The notes below the pieces were generated by a model. The model saw nothing but the letters and a program-made list of their open reading frames with translations. It searched no databases and was not told the DNA's origin. Positions 1 to 7,490 of a DNA stretch of 24,000 nt are shown here, piece by piece (positions within the stretch are counted from its first letter, which is position 1; every line of letters starts with the position of its first letter). The stretch spans positions 5,893,233-5,917,232 of the forward strand of contig NZ_CP076103.1 of assembly GCF_018732085.1 (NCBI RefSeq), read 5' to 3'. Source of the stretch: Lysobacter capsici (GTDB lineage Bacteria > Pseudomonadota > Gammaproteobacteria > Xanthomonadales > Xanthomonadaceae). Both the position numbers and the translations under genes were made by a program.

Positions 1-258
1 GCCGCGTCCAGCGCCGAGCGGCCCAAGCTGCGCGGGGTGAACCTGAGCGAACGGCCGGTCGCACCGGGCCTGCCCGAGAACGGCGCCTGGTTCTTCGAAG
101 TGCCGGCCGACCGGCTCGAAGGCGCGCACCTGCAACTGTATTGGGGCAGCGGCCTGCCGCAGGGCGGCGACAGCCTGGTCGATGTCGACCTGGGCATCGA
201 CGCGGCGCGCGCGCGCAAGCTGCTGGCCGAGGCGAAACCGGTATTGGACCTGCGCTGA
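1..258 (+). CDS. 3' end of a hypothetical protein (5' part lies outside the window)
   Basis: Frame 1 is open from base 1 to TGA at 256-258. Third codon positions are almost all G/C, as in the recognisable genes of this window. The stop overlaps the next gene's ATG (cTGATGa). No family recognised from the ~85 visible residues. Confidence 0.6.
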   Translation, partial: AASSAERPKLRGVNLSERPVAPGLPENGAWFFEVPADRLEGAHLQLYWGSGLPQGGDSLVDVDLGIDAARARKLLAEAKPVLDLR

Positions 259-890
259 TGAGCATCGAAATCCCCGCCAAGCCGGTCGCAGCCCCTTCCG
301 TCCAACCCGCCGCGATCGGGTGGTGGCGGCGCAACACCGGCTGGCTGATCGGCACCGCGGTGCTCGGCGGCATCGCGATCTATGCGCCGTACCACGACGC
401 CTTGAACGAATACCGAGCGCGCAATCCGAGCATCGCGATCGACGCATCGAAGCACGACTGGGTGCAGTTCGAAGGCGCGCGCTGGCGCCTGGTCGAAGCC
501 GAGGCGCTGGCTCCGCGCGACCCGCGCATCCTCGGTCCGCTGCGCAAGGACGCCGGCGTGCTGTTGGTGCGTTTCGAGGTGATCCCCGATTCGGGCACCC
601 CGATCAAAACCCTCGACACCTGCCGCGGCCGCATCGCCGATGCGCGGGGCCGGCAGTGGGAAGCCGGCCCGGTCGGCTTGCCGCGCCTGGGTGGGCCGAA
701 GCTGCCGACCAGTTGCGGCAGCGGCTACGACGCACAATTCAAATCGGTGCTGGCGGTGCCGGGCCGGCCGTTCGCGTTCCAGCATGCCTATGTGTTGCCG
801 CGCACGCAGAAGCTGGAAGGACTGGAGGCACGCATCGAATTCGGGCCGCTGCAGACCGACAAGGGCCGTTACTTGCGTTTCAAGCTGTAA
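258..890 (+). CDS. hypothetical membrane-anchored protein (one N-terminal TM helix, ~150-aa extracytoplasmic domain)
   Basis: ATG at 258-260 shares one base with the upstream TGA stop (256-258), indicating translational coupling. It lies in the same frame as track ORF 141..890. The hydrophobic stretch WLIGTAVLGGIAIYAPY follows the basic WWRRN. High GC3. TAA stop at 888-890. The upstream part of the track ORF (141-257) overlaps the preceding gene and is Arg-rich junk. Confidence 0.65.
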   Translation: MSIEIPAKPVAAPSVQPAAIGWWRRNTGWLIGTAVLGGIAIYAPYHDALNEYRARNPSIAIDASKHDWVQFEGARWRLVEAEALAPRDPRILGPLRKDAGVLLVRFEVIPDSGTPIKTLDTCRGRIADARGRQWEAGPVGLPRLGGPKLPTSCGSGYDAQFKSVLAVPGRPFAFQHAYVLPRTQKLEGLEARIEFGPLQTDKGRYLRFKL

Positions 891-941
891 GTCCGACAGT
901 CACCTGGCGAACTCTCGTTTTTTGCGCGGGAGGCTTCAGCA

Positions 942-1060
942 CCGAAGTCTCTTGTGGGAGGGGCTTCAGCCCCGACGCTCTTCGGTCCGCCGCGACATGG
1001 ATTAGTCGCGATCGGAAACAAAAGCGTCGGGCCTGAAGGCCCTCCCACAAAAAACTTCGG
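942..1060. repeat. REP doublet (REPIN-like), family A, copy 1
   Basis: Left arm GTGGGAGGGGCTTCAGCCCCGACGC (954-978). Right arm GCGTCGGGCCTGAAGGCCCTCCCAC (1024-1048), which is its near reverse complement. Each arm is itself a hairpin (GGGGC-TTCA-GCCCC and GGGCC-TGAA-GGCCC). Flanks ccgaagtctctt / aaaaaacttcgg are also complementary. A degenerate single REP (gggaggcttcagcaccgaag) lies just upstream at ~925-947. Confidence 0.85.
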
Positions 1061-1134
1061 GCCGGCGAAGGTTCACAAGCAGTGCGTTTTTCTGCTTTGC
1101 ACCGCTGTAACTCGAAGTCTGCAACCGAAAGCCG

Positions 1135-1251
1135 CGAGGTCTTTTGTGGTAGGGGCTTCAGCCCCGACGCTGTTCGGTCCGGCGCGGCGTGGATTCGAAG
1201 TGGTCTGAGACAAAAGCGTCGGGCCTGAAGGCCCTCCCACCAAAAACTTCG
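1135..1251. repeat. REP doublet (REPIN-like), family A, copy 2
   Basis: cgaggtcttttgtggtaggggcttcagccccgacgc (1135-1170) pairs with gcgtcgggcctgaaggccctcccaccaaaaacttcg (1216-1251). The ~45-nt spacer is homologous to those of copies 1 and 3. Confidence 0.85.
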
Positions 1252-1299
1252 CGACGATCTATCACAGCGGCGCCCTTTCTCCCCCCAAAGGCGCTTCGA

Positions 1300-2583
1300 T
1301 CAAGCGCGCGGCAATCGCGCAATCGCCCGATCGAACGTCGCCGCCAGCAACACCACCCGCAGCACATCGGTCAGCAGCGAGGTGCGGAACGACAACGGGG
1401 TGTTGAGGAACACCGCGAACGGCTGGCCGATCACGCTCTGCCATTGCGGGTCCTGCGGCCCGACGAACTGCTGCATCAGCCGCCACGACCACGAATCGAT
1501 GTAGGCCAGCAGTTGCCAGCACACGCACAAGGTCAGCAAGGCCGGCAGGCCCGCGCGCAGCACCAGGCGCAGGCTGTTGACCACCGGCACGCCCTTGCTG
1601 CTCCAGCCGGCGCTGGCCTTGTCGGCGAGCATGCGCAGGGTGAAATGCATCGACTTGAAGCGCTCGGCGACCCGGCCCAGGCGTTCGTCGGCCGCGTCGA
1701 TGCGCTGCGCGCGGCGCAGGTCGATGCCGTAGATGATCGCGGTGATCGCCAGCCAGATCAGCGGCAGGGCGATCGCGCCGGCGGCGGTGGAGACGAAATC
1801 CCACAGCGGCGCCAGCGCGCGCTTGCTCGGCGCCAGCAGCTTGAACAACGCGGTCGGGCTTTCCCACCACTCCGTCGCCGCGACATACACGACGCGCTCG
1901 TGCCACCAATCTTGCCCGCTCTTGATCAGCTGCGCGATCGCCGCCGCGCCGACGAACACCCAGTACGCCTCGCAACTGGTCGCGATCACGTTCCACAGCG
2001 CATGCCCGGTCGCGGTCGCGCGTCGCTTGCTGAACCAGCGCACCACCCAGGCCACCGCGAGCGCGATCCACAGGCCCTTGAGCTTGAGCACCTGATGCAG
2101 GTTTTCCTTGTCCCACACGCTGAAGGTGTAGTGGGTGCGGAAGTTGCGGCGCAGATCCTCGAGCAGGCCCCAGCCGGCGTAATAGGCGAAGAACGGCAGC
2201 ATCGCGATCGCCAGCGCGGTGATCCATTGCTTGCGCACCGCCGCGGTGTCGGGCGTGGTCGCGCCGCCGGCGAGCATCGGCAGCGACGGCCGCAGCGACT
2301 GGAACATCAGGATGGTGCCGGCCAGCTGGGTCACGATCAGCACCGACAGCGCCGCGAACGACAGCAGCACCGAGCGCTCGCCGAGCTTCACCGACAGCTG
2401 CATCAACAGGTCGTAGCAGACCCGCTGGGCGAAGAACCAGAATGCCAGCGCGGGCCAATGGCGCCGTAGCAGGCGGGCGCTGAGCTGGGGGATTTCGAGC
2501 CACGGGTGGCTGCCGCCATCCCGAATGGCGGACGGGTCGGAGGCCGAAGACAAGACGCTGGTCGGAATCGTGCTCGTGGACAT
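1300..2583 (-). CDS. hypothetical polytopic inner-membrane protein (427 aa)
   Basis: ATG at 2583 and TGA at 1300-1302. Many hydrophobic segments (e.g. ALAFWFFAQRVCYDLL, LLSFAALSVLIVTQLAGTILMF, ITALAIAMLPFFAYYAGWGLL, GAIALPLIWLAITAIIYGI). High GC3. No family recognised. No clear SD. Confidence 0.75.
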   Translation of the reverse strand: MSTSTIPTSVLSSASDPSAIRDGGSHPWLEIPQLSARLLRRHWPALAFWFFAQRVCYDLLMQLSVKLGERSVLLSFAALSVLIVTQLAGTILMFQSLRPSLPMLAGGATTPDTAAVRKQWITALAIAMLPFFAYYAGWGLLEDLRRNFRTHYTFSVWDKENLHQVLKLKGLWIALAVAWVVRWFSKRRATATGHALWNVIATSCEAYWVFVGAAAIAQLIKSGQDWWHERVVYVAATEWWESPTALFKLLAPSKRALAPLWDFVSTAAGAIALPLIWLAITAIIYGIDLRRAQRIDAADERLGRVAERFKSMHFTLRMLADKASAGWSSKGVPVVNSLRLVLRAGLPALLTLCVCWQLLAYIDSWSWRLMQQFVGPQDPQWQSVIGQPFAVFLNTPLSFRTSLLTDVLRVVLLAATFDRAIARLPRA

Positions 2584-2656
2584 CCGCGGGGCCGGATCGA
2601 AGTCGGGCGATGGTAACCCGCGCCGACACGGTCCTTGCAGTGACGAATATCAGAGA

Positions 2657-2676
2657 CCCGGCCGTTGCCGGCCGGG
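2657..2676 (-). terminator. GC-rich hairpin after the 2700..3965 gene (weak terminator or attenuator candidate)
   Basis: CCCGGCCG-ttgc-CGGCCGGG, an 8-bp stem with a 4-nt loop. On the minus strand it is followed by tctctgatattcgt, which is only moderately U-rich. Confidence 0.25.
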
Positions 2677-2699
2677 TCGATGCGCTCGACGCAGAGCCG

Positions 2700-3965
2700 C
2701 TACTGGTTCGCGGTCGGCGCATCCTGCGCTGGGTGCTGTTTCGGCGCCGTAGCGTCGGCGCCGCGGGCGGACGCCGGCGACGGGCGATCGGCGGGCTTCG
2801 AGTCCTTCAGCGGCAACAGGCTGTAACGGAAATTCAGGTTCACCGAACCGCCTTCGTTACGCGAGACGTAGACCCCACCCGGCAACGCGCGTATCTGCCG
2901 CTCGCCCGGCCGCTCGAACGCGTTGTCCAATTCTTTCGACGACCGCCGCGCCGGTAACTGCTGGGCATACAACGCATCGAGCATGCGCCCGAGTTCCACT
3001 CCGGTCAGATCGATCGCCGAGCGCAGGCGCGCGCAATCGTTCTCGCTCCATAGCCGTGCGCGGCGCTGGTCCTCGATCTCCGCCGACCAGCTCTCCTCGC
3101 GCGCGAGTTCCAGATTCTTTTCGTGCAGCTTGCGCGCGTCGGCGGCTTCGCGCAGTTCGGAGCTGCGTCCCACGCGGCCTTTTTCCTTGACCCGCGCGAC
3201 CATCGCTTGCGCGCCGCTGTCGGCGAAACGCCGTTCTTCCTGCGCCACCAGTTGCTCGATCTCGGCGACGGTCTTGGGCGGGAGGTCCAGCCAATCGGAC
3301 ACGACGATGAAGTGATCGCGCCACAACGGTTTCTTCCGCCACGCCGGCTTGGCCTCGCCCTCGGGCACGTACGCGGCGACATCGACCGAGGTCACCAGGG
3401 CGGTCAGGCCCGGAGACAGGCTCGAAGTGATGGTGAATATCTGCCGCGGTTGATCCTTGGGAATGCGTTTTTCCCACGCGTCGTCTTCGCCGTCGGTCAG
3501 GTTCACCGCCACGCCCGCGCCCCAGGGCGCGCGCGCGATCGCGTCGCGCACGGCCTGCTGCAAGGGCGCATCGACCGGCAGGTCGCACCGCGCCTGCTGG
3601 AGCGGTTGGTAAGCAGCGACGGCGCGGGTCTTGGCCTCGGAATACGCCGCGCCGTTGACGATCGCGCTCGCGATCAGCCCGCCGAGGACATTGACGCCTA
3701 TCGCCTGCCCGGTGCTCATGCCGGAATTGAACTGCTGCGTGCCGCCCGGATAACCCGGCATGTAGCGCGACACATCCTGATAGACGAAATCGATCTGCGG
3801 CCGCACTTGCCGATCGAGGGCGACGATATGCACCGGCAGACTCGCCGCGAGCGACGCGCGCTCGGATCGGTAGCCATCGATTTCCTTGCTGGCCGCCTGC
3901 GCGGCGGTGCTCAACGCGAGCATGAGCACGCCCGCCGCGAGCGGCGCAGTCTTGATCTTGATCAT
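2700..3965 (-). CDS. hypothetical secreted protein (421 aa) with Sec signal peptide and a charged, probably coiled-coil segment
   Basis: This is the C-terminal third of track ORF 2700..6617. Internal ATG at 3965 (MIKIKTAPLAAGVLMLALSTAAQA/ASKE), preceded by AGGGGG about 9 nt upstream. The E/R/K/A-rich stretch (EIEQLVAQEERRFADSG...LHEKNLELAREESWSAEIEDQRRARL) suggests a coiled coil. Low-complexity Pro/Ala tail. TAG stop at 2700-2702. Confidence 0.8.
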   Translation of the reverse strand: MIKIKTAPLAAGVLMLALSTAAQAASKEIDGYRSERASLAASLPVHIVALDRQVRPQIDFVYQDVSRYMPGYPGGTQQFNSGMSTGQAIGVNVLGGLIASAIVNGAAYSEAKTRAVAAYQPLQQARCDLPVDAPLQQAVRDAIARAPWGAGVAVNLTDGEDDAWEKRIPKDQPRQIFTITSSLSPGLTALVTSVDVAAYVPEGEAKPAWRKKPLWRDHFIVVSDWLDLPPKTVAEIEQLVAQEERRFADSGAQAMVARVKEKGRVGRSSELREAADARKLHEKNLELAREESWSAEIEDQRRARLWSENDCARLRSAIDLTGVELGRMLDALYAQQLPARRSSKELDNAFERPGERQIRALPGGVYVSRNEGGSVNLNFRYSLLPLKDSKPADRPSPASARGADATAPKQHPAQDAPTANQ

Positions 3966-3983
3966 GTACCCAACCCCCTGTGG

Positions 3984-4034
3984 GCGCTTGCTCGGGCAAG
4001 CGCGATCTGCAACGGCTTCTCCTCCCGAGAAGCC
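3984..4034 (-). terminator. two tandem 8-bp GC-rich hairpins between the plsB stop and the next gene (terminator or attenuator candidate, no U-tract)
   Basis: GCGCTTGC-tcgg-GCAAGCGC (3984-4003) and GGCTTCTC-ctccc-GAGAAGCC (4014-4034). Neither is followed by a T-run on the minus strand. Confidence 0.3.
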
Positions 4035-4111
4035 GCGCCAGTATCCACGCCCCCGTGGCCTGGAACAATCGCGCGCCGCCGTGGCCGCGCGATGTCGCCG
4101 AACTGCGTCGA

Positions 4112-7100
4112 TCAGGCCGCGGCCGGCGGCGTTTCCACGACCGGCTTGGCCATCTCCGGACTGATCTTCTCGATCGTATGCCGCAGTTCGCGGCCGAGGA
4201 TCACCTTCGCGTCCTTCGCCCACGCGTCCAGGCGCTGGTCGAAGGCGAGCTTGCCTTCGCTGTCGGGCCACACCAGCTTGAGTTCGCGCAGTTTCTGGAT
4301 GAAGCCGCGGAACAGGGTCTTGTCGAAGAATTCCGGCGCGGCCGGCGCGTACAGCAGCGACAGGCGCTGCGCGGCGAGCTGGCACAGGCTTTCGAGTTCG
4401 CCGGCCGACATCGTACCCGGGCCGTTCTTCACCAGCACCGAGATGGCGATGTAATAGCGCTCGAACGCCTGTTGCAGCGAGTGGCCGATCGCGCGCAGGC
4501 GGAACACTTCGTCGGTCTGGCCGGCGTTGCGCGCGAGGATGCCGCCGTCGTCGTCGCTGACGCGTTCGAGCAAGCCTTCGCGCACGAACACGTCGACCGT
4601 GCGCGACAGGCGCTGGGTGAATTCTTCCTCGCTCCACGGCAGGAACAGTTCGGCCTGCAGGAACGGGTACACGCTGCGGCCCAGGCGCAGCACGCCGGCC
4701 AGGCTCATGCGCCGGTTGTGCTGGAAGCAGCAGGCGATCCACGAGGCCGCGGTGAACAGGTGCAGCACGTTGTTGCGGAAGTAACTGAGCAACACCGCCT
4801 TGTCGTCGCCGTCGACGCCGAGCACGTCGCCGAGCGGATGGGCGACGCGTTGCAGCACGTTGATCTCTTCGCCGTGGGCGACGATTTCCTGCGGCGTGTG
4901 CGGGGTGACGGTGACGCGGTCGGAGTACGGCAACTCGGCCAGCAGGGTCTTCGACAGCGCGATCTGCGCGAGCAGGTCGGCCTCGCCCATCGCGTGCTTG
5001 GGCGTGGACAACAGCGCCAGCGCCAGCAGGTTGATCGGGTTGACGTCGGCGGCGCGGTTGACGTTGATCTGGATCTGCTCGGCCAGCGCGTCGACCGTGG
5101 CCGACAGCCACGCCGGCTTGTCTTCTTCGTCGAGCGGACGGCCGTCCCACTCGGGCGCGTGGGTGGCGAGCATGTCGTTGAGCCGGATCGGCTCGCCGAA
5201 GTTCACCACCACCTGGCCGTAGTTGGAGCGCAGCACCTTGGGGATGCCCCACAGCAGCTGCCAGATCGATTCCTTTTCCTTCGGCTTGCCCGACAGCTCG
5301 TCGAGGTAGCTGTTGCCTTCCATGAGCTTTTCGTAGCCGACGTAGATCGGCTGGAACAGCACCGGACGGGTCGGCTGGCGCAGGAAGCCGCGCACGGTCA
5401 TCACGATCATGCCGCCCTTGGGCTGCAGCAATCGGCCGGTGCGCGAGCGTCCGCCTTCGATGAAGTATTCGATCGAATAGCCGCCGGAGACCAACTGCGC
5501 GACGTACTCGCTGAGGATCGCCGAATACAGCACGCTGCCGCGGATGCTGCGGCGGATGAAGAACGCGCCGCCGCGGCGCAGGATGCCGCCGATCACCGGC
5601 AGGTTGAGATTGATGCCGGCGACGATGTGCGGCGGCACGATGCCCTTGGCGTAGAGCAGATAGCTCAGCAGCAGGTAGTCCATGTGGCTGCGATGGCAGG
5701 GCACGTAGACGACTTCGTGGCCGGGCGCGTCCTGCTTGAGCTGGTCGAGGTGATGCACCAGCACGCCGCGATAGATGCGGTTCCACACCGGGGTGAGGAT
5801 GAAGCTCAGCGAACGCACCACCGGGTGCGAATAGTCGGCGGCGATTTCGTAGGCGATCGCGTGGGCTTTCTTCCACGCTTCGGCGCTGGAGCTGCTGTCG
5901 CGGCGGGCCTGGTCGGCGATCGCTTCCTTGACCGGCTCGGCGGCGAGCACGCGGTCGATCAGCATGCGCCGGGTCGACAGGTCGGGCCCGATCACCGCCG
6001 CGCGGATGCGGCGGAAGTGGGTGCGCAGCACGCGCGAGAGCTTGCGCACGGTGCGTTCGGGTTCCAGCCCTTCGTCGACGATGCCGCGCAGCGACACCGG
6101 CGGCGAGAACCGGACCATGGTATGGCGGCCGTTGAGCGCGATCGCGAGCAGCCGGCGGAAGCGGCCGACCAGGGTCCAGTTTTCCGAGAACAGCACCGAG
6201 AACCAGCCGCTGCTGCGGTCCGGCGCGCGGCCGACGAAGATCGACACCGGCACCAGTTGCACGTCCAGCGCCGGGTCGGCGCGGTGCGCGTCGAGCAGGC
6301 GCGCGAGCGAGCCCGAATGGGTCTTGGCCGACGGCGGGCCGGACGGCGCCAGGGTGCCGGCGTTGCGCCGCGACAGCGCGACATAGGCACGCTTGCGGCC
6401 CAGCGGGTCGCCCGGCAGCGGCTGCAGCGGCGACGGCAGGCCGCTTTCGATGCAGGCGCGTTCCAGGATCAGCGCGTTGGACAGGCCGTAGTCCTCGAGC
6501 ACGTAGCAGACCGGGCGGCCGTTCCATTCCTCGGCGATGTGCTCCGAGGGGGTCTTGGGCTCGATCGTCAGCGACACCCACGGCGCCATCAGCTGGCCGA
6601 GCAGGCGCGCCCACCATGGGCGGTGCTTGGTGGCGGCCTGGGTGGCCTGGGTGGCCTGGGCGGATGGTTCGGGCGCGGGCGGTGCGGGCGCGGCCATCGG
6701 CAGTTCGGCCTGGTGGGTGGGTTCGTCGGTTGGGTGGCTGGGGGGGGCGACGGGAGCGGAGGCGTGCTGCTGCTCGGCGGCGCGAGGTTCGGGAGAGGTC
6801 GAGGCCGTGTCTGTCGGATCGTTGGACGGCGGGGTGGCGGCGCCGGTTGCGTCGGGCACGAGCGGCTCGACCTCGGATGGTAGGGATGCGTTGGGTTCGC
6901 CCGATGCGGGATCGGCCGTAAGTTGTTCGGACGGGATCGGATCGACCCGGACGGGATCGACCGGAGCCGGCTCGGTCGAGTCAGGCCAGGCGGCCGGGTC
7001 GGGCGCGCCGGGCAACGAGGTCGCGCCGGGTTCTACGCCGGCTGCGGTCGGGTCGCCGGCATCGAGCCCGGGGTCGACGGGTGGGGTCGGGTCGGGCATG

Positions 7101-7258
7101 GCGGAAAGGGGGTCGGAAGAGGACGCCGGATCGGCATCGGCAACGGAGGGCTCGATCGGGTCGGCCGGCGTGCGTGCGGCAGCACCGTCCGTCGCGTGGG
7201 GATCGGTCGCGGCGGCGTCGGGAAAAGGCAGGGGCGTCTGTTTCGGCATCCCCGGCAT
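4112..7258 (-). CDS. plsB: glycerol-3-phosphate 1-O-acyltransferase PlsB, with a long low-complexity N-terminal extension (start codon uncertain)
   Basis: From about residue 215 the product is colinear with E. coli PlsB. It carries the acyltransferase motif VYVPCHRSHMDYLLLSY, plus FFIRRS, GYSIEYFIEGGRSRTGRLLQPKGG and YVGYEKLMEG. TGA stop at 4112-4114. The ORF stays open upstream to ATG 7258; an alternative in-frame ATG is M188 of the ORF (MAAPAPPAPEP). The upstream 200 aa are Pro/Asp/Thr/Ala-rich. Confidence 0.9.
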   Translation of the reverse strand: MPGMPKQTPLPFPDAAATDPHATDGAAARTPADPIEPSVADADPASSSDPLSAMPDPTPPVDPGLDAGDPTAAGVEPGATSLPGAPDPAAWPDSTEPAPVDPVRVDPIPSEQLTADPASGEPNASLPSEVEPLVPDATGAATPPSNDPTDTASTSPEPRAAEQQHASAPVAPPSHPTDEPTHQAELPMAAPAPPAPEPSAQATQATQAATKHRPWWARLLGQLMAPWVSLTIEPKTPSEHIAEEWNGRPVCYVLEDYGLSNALILERACIESGLPSPLQPLPGDPLGRKRAYVALSRRNAGTLAPSGPPSAKTHSGSLARLLDAHRADPALDVQLVPVSIFVGRAPDRSSGWFSVLFSENWTLVGRFRRLLAIALNGRHTMVRFSPPVSLRGIVDEGLEPERTVRKLSRVLRTHFRRIRAAVIGPDLSTRRMLIDRVLAAEPVKEAIADQARRDSSSSAEAWKKAHAIAYEIAADYSHPVVRSLSFILTPVWNRIYRGVLVHHLDQLKQDAPGHEVVYVPCHRSHMDYLLLSYLLYAKGIVPPHIVAGINLNLPVIGGILRRGGAFFIRRSIRGSVLYSAILSEYVAQLVSGGYSIEYFIEGGRSRTGRLLQPKGGMIVMTVRGFLRQPTRPVLFQPIYVGYEKLMEGNSYLDELSGKPKEKESIWQLLWGIPKVLRSNYGQVVVNFGEPIRLNDMLATHAPEWDGRPLDEEDKPAWLSATVDALAEQIQINVNRAADVNPINLLALALLSTPKHAMGEADLLAQIALSKTLLAELPYSDRVTVTPHTPQEIVAHGEEINVLQRVAHPLGDVLGVDGDDKAVLLSYFRNNVLHLFTAASWIACCFQHNRRMSLAGVLRLGRSVYPFLQAELFLPWSEEEFTQRLSRTVDVFVREGLLERVSDDDGGILARNAGQTDEVFRLRAIGHSLQQAFERYYIAISVLVKNGPGTMSAGELESLCQLAAQRLSLLYAPAAPEFFDKTLFRGFIQKLRELKLVWPDSEGKLAFDQRLDAWAKDAKVILGRELRHTIEKISPEMAKPVVETPPAAA

Positions 7259-7353
7259 TATGCCTATTCGGCTTCGGCGCGCGCCTGGGCCGAATGGGCG
7301 GGTGCTTGGGAAAGGGCGGCCGCGCCTTCAGGGTCTGCAAGCCCCGGAAGCCG

Positions 7354-7470
7354 CGAGGTCTTTTGTGGGAGGGGCTTTGGGCCCCGATGCTTTTCGATCT
7401 GCTGCGGCGCGGGTCCGAAGCGACCTGAGACAAAAGCGTCGGGCCTGAAGGCCCTCCCACAAAAGACTGC
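7354..7470. repeat. REP doublet (REPIN-like), family A, copy 3
   Basis: cgaggtcttttgtgggaggggctttgggccccgatgc (7354-7390) pairs with gcgtcgggcctgaaggccctcccacaaaagact (7436-7468). It shares an extended left flank (gtctgcaa.cc..gaagccgcgaggtc) with copy 2. Confidence 0.85.
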
Positions 7471-7490
7471 GGGGCTTATGCCGGCTGCGG

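Noticed and set aside
141-257. Upstream extension of the second gene (track start at 141), and similar N-terminal extensions at 8655..8735, 14832..14933, 16455..16538, 17075..17140, 17581..17643 and 18846..18974
   Set aside because: The extensions overlap the preceding gene or run into intergenic or REP sequence, and they lack SD sequences. They also place signal peptides or conserved N-termini internally. Downstream ATGs with an SD and/or start-stop coupling are better supported.
942-1251. Possible CRISPR array, because a ~25-nt unit recurs four times within 310 bp
   Set aside because: The units alternate in orientation as inverted pairs and each is self-complementary with a GTGG head. Spacing is irregular, the same elements occur 6 kb and 22 kb away, and no cas genes are present. 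They are REP doublets, not CRISPR repeats.
2700-6617. 1305-aa ORF on the minus strand that would be the largest protein in the window
   Set aside because: Only its last 421 codons (from ATG 3965, with SD and signal peptide) look like a gene. Upstream of that the frame runs through plsB in a different frame and encodes Arg/Ala/Pro/Gly-rich junk, typical of alternate frames in ~70% GC DNA.
3980-6883. 967-aa plus-strand ORF antisense to plsB. Similar long antisense or alternate-frame ORFs include 1189..2469, 1262..2722, 10238..12475, 12520..13581, 19286..22192 and 20073..22277.
   Set aside because: All overlap genes with clear homology or far better coding signatures. Their translations are dominated by R, A, G, P, D and Q runs with no recognisable motifs. 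This is the expected absence of stop codons in a high-GC genome.
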